Source: Rhizaria sp. SCN 62-66
Lineage: Eukaryota
Assembly (NCBI GenBank): GCA_001724265.1
Contig: MEDY01000046.1
Location: forward strand, 1-64,000
Direction: 5' to 3'
Length of the DNA stretch: 64,000 nucleotides
Below the pieces are notes generated by a model that ran no database searches, was not told the origin of the DNA, and saw only the letters and a list, made by a program, of their open reading frames with translations. Position 1 is the stretch's first letter, and every line of letters begins with the position of its first letter. Below are positions 60,201 to 64,000 of this stretch, in pieces. The translations under genes were made by a program, and so were the position numbers.

Positions 60201-63200
60201 CATCGCCTTGACGTTCATGCGCGTCGAGACGTGGCGGGAGTAATTATCGTGGCATCACTGACAGAAGTGAACGGACGCAAAGCAGAAGAAAACAGCAATG
60301 TTGCAACAGAAACGACACTTCCATGAGATAAAGTCTGTTCCGTGCTTCTTACACGTTGTCTCTGAGTTGACTAAGCGGTTCGCCTGGCAGCGACTGCAGA
60401 TCAGCGTCGTGGGATCAAACCGATTCGCACCATCTGCGGGTACCACCGCACCTGCAGCGTTGTTGGGTGCCGGTGCGCCCATGTCATCAACGCAGTTGCG
60501 CGCGCCGGCGAAGTACGGCTTGGTACAGCGATGACACTCGAAGAACTGGAAATGGTCCATAGCAAATGCCCCGGGGTTGGCGTAGAACCGTCCGCCGCGC
60601 TGCACGATGCTTGGATCGCGTTGAAGGCCTTCAGCCTCAAGTGCTTGCAGAGCAAGCCGCTTGACAGCGAGTTCTTTCTTGTGCATATTAGTCATGGTCT
60701 CCTCCAGAAGCGGGTGACGAACACGCACGCGGCACACGGGGCAGCCCAGGAAGTCGAACGACATGCGCGCCCCGGACCAGCCTGCGCGCAGCTTGGCGCG
60801 CACACACTCGTAGTGGAACGTGTGGCCGCACGAGGACAGCCGGATCACAGGACTGATGCCCAGTGGAGCGAGACAGACAGAGCAGTCATCTTCTGCGCAC
60901 AATGGCTCTGCCAGCTGCGAGCGGCCGTTTGCGTTAGCCTTTTGAAAGTCGAGCGTCAGAGACCGCAACACGGATAGGCGCAGAGCAGCAGGACCGGCGG
61001 TCACATGGCATTTGCCACCAACACCATGAGCGTGACCACATGCTCCAACAACAGTTGCAGGAGCGGACACCATCGAGAGTGAGCTGTCGGACAGAGGCGC
61101 GGTGAGTGCAGCTAGAGCATTTTTGCGTGCCTCAGTCTGGGCCATGTAGGCGGCTGTCGCAGCGGCTGTCGCAGCTTCCTCGCGGAGTGCCGCGCAGGCT
61201 GCGTGGAGACAAGGAGGGCAGCTAGAAAGGGGCTCATCCTTAACACCACGGCAAAAATGACCACACGAGAGTAGCTTCATACAAGATGACTCGAACGCAG
61301 TCTTGCAAGACACGCGGTTGCAAACAATCCAATCTTTTTTGAGGCCGATGCTTTGGTTGATTTGACGCGCATCCACGTTGAAGGGCCTTGCCTTCTCATT
61401 GTAGTCATTGTACATTTCTTCGCCGTTAACATCTGGCAACGCGTTGTTCAGACTTGAGATCTCTTTTGCCGCAGCAATCGCCTCTGTGCGCGCCAAGAGA
61501 AGTACGGCTTCATTTTCTTCTGAAGCGTCCTCGTCGCACCACATGCAGCGCTGTTGGCTCGACTTGCGAAGCAACGCAGACACACATGTTTCACCCACGT
61601 GATACGGCGCCATTCGGCATCGGCGACACGAGTCGGTGTGGCATGCCAGACAGAGCACGCGCTGGAGCGCCCAGTGGATCCGTGACTGGTTCGGTAGCCC
61701 GTTAATCTGGCGGCCGCGCATCCTTGGGTTGGAGTGTGAGACTGTGAGAGGAAACTCAGCGACACGCTTCAAAACCTCGTGCTGCGACAGAGGTGGGTCT
61801 AACGTCGCAATGGCGCCGCACTTCTGACAGCCCCACCAGTGACCGACAGTGGCGAACGGCGACCGCTCAACAGTAAACCTGTTCCTAATGCGTTCCACCT
61901 TCTCAAAATACGCAAGCACTGCACTTGTCATCGAACTCGAAATGTAGCCACAGAATGCGTTGATCGAAGGAGTTGCCACAATTGATTTGTCCTTCATAGA
62001 ATTTGGACCGCGTTGCCACCACGTAAGGTGCTGACTCAGCATATGAAGAGTCACCGGCCGCATGGCAGTGTCGTCGCCCTTGCTGTCATGTGCCTCGCGC
62101 AGAGTCGACACGTCTCCCAGCATCGAGAGCACAGCCTGGGCCTCAAACGCGGCGAGAGCGGCAGCGTCAGTACCGAGAACTTCAGTGGCGTCGCCGGGAC
62201 ACAGCGCTGAGACGAGTCCAGCAACGGCTTCGTTAGTGACGTGTTCCTTCTTGCCCGATGCCACAACTAACAGTGCAGAGGCCACGCATGCGCGGCAAAG
62301 ATCAGACGACGGTGCAGGACCACCGTGCGCAGCGTATGTCGCAGCCTGGCCAAGCAACACTGCGATGTCCGAAGACACACGTGGACGTTCAGGAATTACT
62401 GCGGCAAGCGTACCAGGCCACGTTGCATAGAGCGGCGCGGACTTATCAGCGGCGAAGCACACACGCCTGCCATTACGAACTTGACTCATCCAATTGAAGT
62501 CGTTGATACTGTCCTTAGGGACAACGGGCGGCTGGAGCAGCTTCGAGATAAACGATGCTGTCGAGGTTGAGTGCAACTCAGCGATACCCGCCGCGTTAAT
62601 GTGCTCCTCTATCTCTTGTGCGACAGCACCATGGTCGGTGAAGATGGCTTTGCCGCGGAAGAAGAAAGTGTCCCATCCACTCGAAATGGTCGACGCAGCT
62701 GCCGCGGCAGCTGCCACGAAACCAGCAATGGGAGAGATGGGCACGCGCAAATGATAAAACATATCAATATCACTGCGCTCACCACCGCAGCAGTTGCAGG
62801 GCATCGACGTCAGCATGTGACGCGGCGCTGCCAAACGCGCACTTGGAGCTAAAGCTAGCAAGGCGACTGGGAGCTGCGTGGTGATAGTGCCACTGTTCTC
62901 AGGCAACGCCAGGGAGACACCGTGGTACGAGTTCATCTGACGGAACAACTCAGGCTCCACGCGCGGAGTGTCGACAGACTGTAGCGCCAAATACGGGGCA
63001 GAAATGGGCGCGGTCACCGTCCACGCAGCAGCAGCGCGCGGGTGCTTAGCAAAGCTCGGGAGACCCAACAAAGCAAGTTGGTCATCAGTAGCTCCGCGTT
63101 GGGCCGCCAATGATGCCACAGCAGCAGTTGAGGCATTGATGACGAGACTTAGAGTCGGTGCACTAGGCTTTGAAGCGCCCATGCCGGTGCCAATAGCCTC

Positions 63201-64000
63201 CATCTCACCGACGGCAAAAAAATTGGGCGTCGTCAGCTTGGCGGCAACGAGTGGCCGTGTGACATCTGTGTCAAGCGCCATGGCAACCAATGCGGGGCGC
63301 GCGCGAGCAACTGACAACGCGCAATGCCATGCACCAGCAAGCGCATCTGTGTTGGCTGCAGAAACAACGGCCTCTATAGCACGCTCGCGCATCAATGATC
63401 CCGGAGGCGCAGTTGTTGCGATCGTCGGCAGAAGCAGCGTGCCAATCTTCTCGTCAGCAGCAGAGGCAGGGTCAACCTCAGGGGAGCCAGCACCGACAAC
63501 TGTTGCAGCGGTTTTGGGCGAAGCAGCTGCCTTCGGGACAGCAATCGCAGTGACATGAAAACGTGCGTCCGCAGCAATAGCCAAGTCGGAAGGTAACGCA
63601 CGTGACTGGATTTGGACAAGTGCTGAAGCTGCAAGGCTTCTAGCAGGTGCGTCCACTTCAGGGTCATCGTCAGAGGCGTCCGACGGTGGATACGAACACG
63701 AAGGAACAACATTCACCTTTGCGCGCGCATGCGCAGTCGCGACGGCGGAGGCACCCGCATAGATGGCATTTGCGGATGCGACCGTTGTGGCCATATCTGG
63801 CAGTGCTGACACAAACGCTCCGTGAGCGACCGCTTCCAGCATGAGACTCGACGTCGATAAGCGCGAATCGCTGGCGATGTTCGCGAGCGTGGCCTCCGTC
63901 ACTGGTAAATCGGCAATGCGTCGATTCTTGTCTGCCAGTGTCGCCTGCGCCACAGAGAAAGACGTCACTAAAGCGGGCAGTGGATTCAGCGCAGGTACAT
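51234..64000 (-). CDS. Giant (>4200 aa, 5' end outside the window) E3 ligase: IBR-like domain + MYCBP2/Highwire/RPM-1-type RING-Cys-relay module + SPRY + RanBP2-type zinc finger + LamG-like + Kelch-like repeats; one in-frame TGA at 60257-60255
   Basis: SCMKLLSCGHFCRGVKDE..CPPCL; RING CSVC..CGHTFHYEC..W.G.RMSFDFLGCPVC; CHRCTKPYFAGARNC; CKKHGTDFISWKCRFCCNIAVFFCF..HFCQ*CHD; CPLKLAHPPNGMEFSLGCSLC. SPRY: YFEATI..VFFTRNG. ZnF: WTCLVCTY..CQVCD. Kelch-like: VLVFGG..LWVLGG. Frame open to the window edge. Stop TAA. Confidence 0.8.

Noticed and set aside
60252-60260. Intron starting GTGATG that would skip the TGA
   Set aside because: The codons immediately after TGA encode the conserved CHD, and no AT-rich intron-like sequence follows.
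1-64000. tRNA, rRNA, CRISPR arrays, transposons or prokaryotic operons
   Set aside because: None recognisable by eye. In particular no tRNA(CUA) was seen in this window; a covariance-model search would be needed to exclude one.

Overview
Gene-dense eukaryotic (protist-like) nuclear DNA: GC-rich exons, short AT-rich intergenic spacers, and 107-208 nt GT-AG introns that mostly start GTACG(T). About 17 genes were reconstructed by hand: a PH-pseudokinase-C2-WW protein, CPSF3, an LC8-family dynein light chain, a NOL8-like protein, an L/F-transferase-like protein, a LEA-like protein, PP1 inhibitor-2, a PSMD5-like protein, an SDR, a Rad21/Rec8 kleisin, a tandem GST-N/thioredoxin-fold protein, a 2OG-Fe(II) dioxygenase, a CCCH-DEAH helicase-RBR fusion, a giant MYCBP2-type RING-Cys-relay ligase, and a few hypothetical genes. 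Main result: the organism appears to use a non-standard nuclear code. TAG occurs in frame inside otherwise intact genes at 10 well-supported and 2 tentative sites on both strands, while every reconstructed gene end is TAA or TGA. UAG therefore looks reassigned to an amino acid (Gln favoured by context, Leu/Glu not excluded) independently of UAA. Separately, a single in-frame TGA interrupts the conserved tandem-cysteine domain of the giant RCR ligase. All family calls come from motif recognition by eye, not from database searches.
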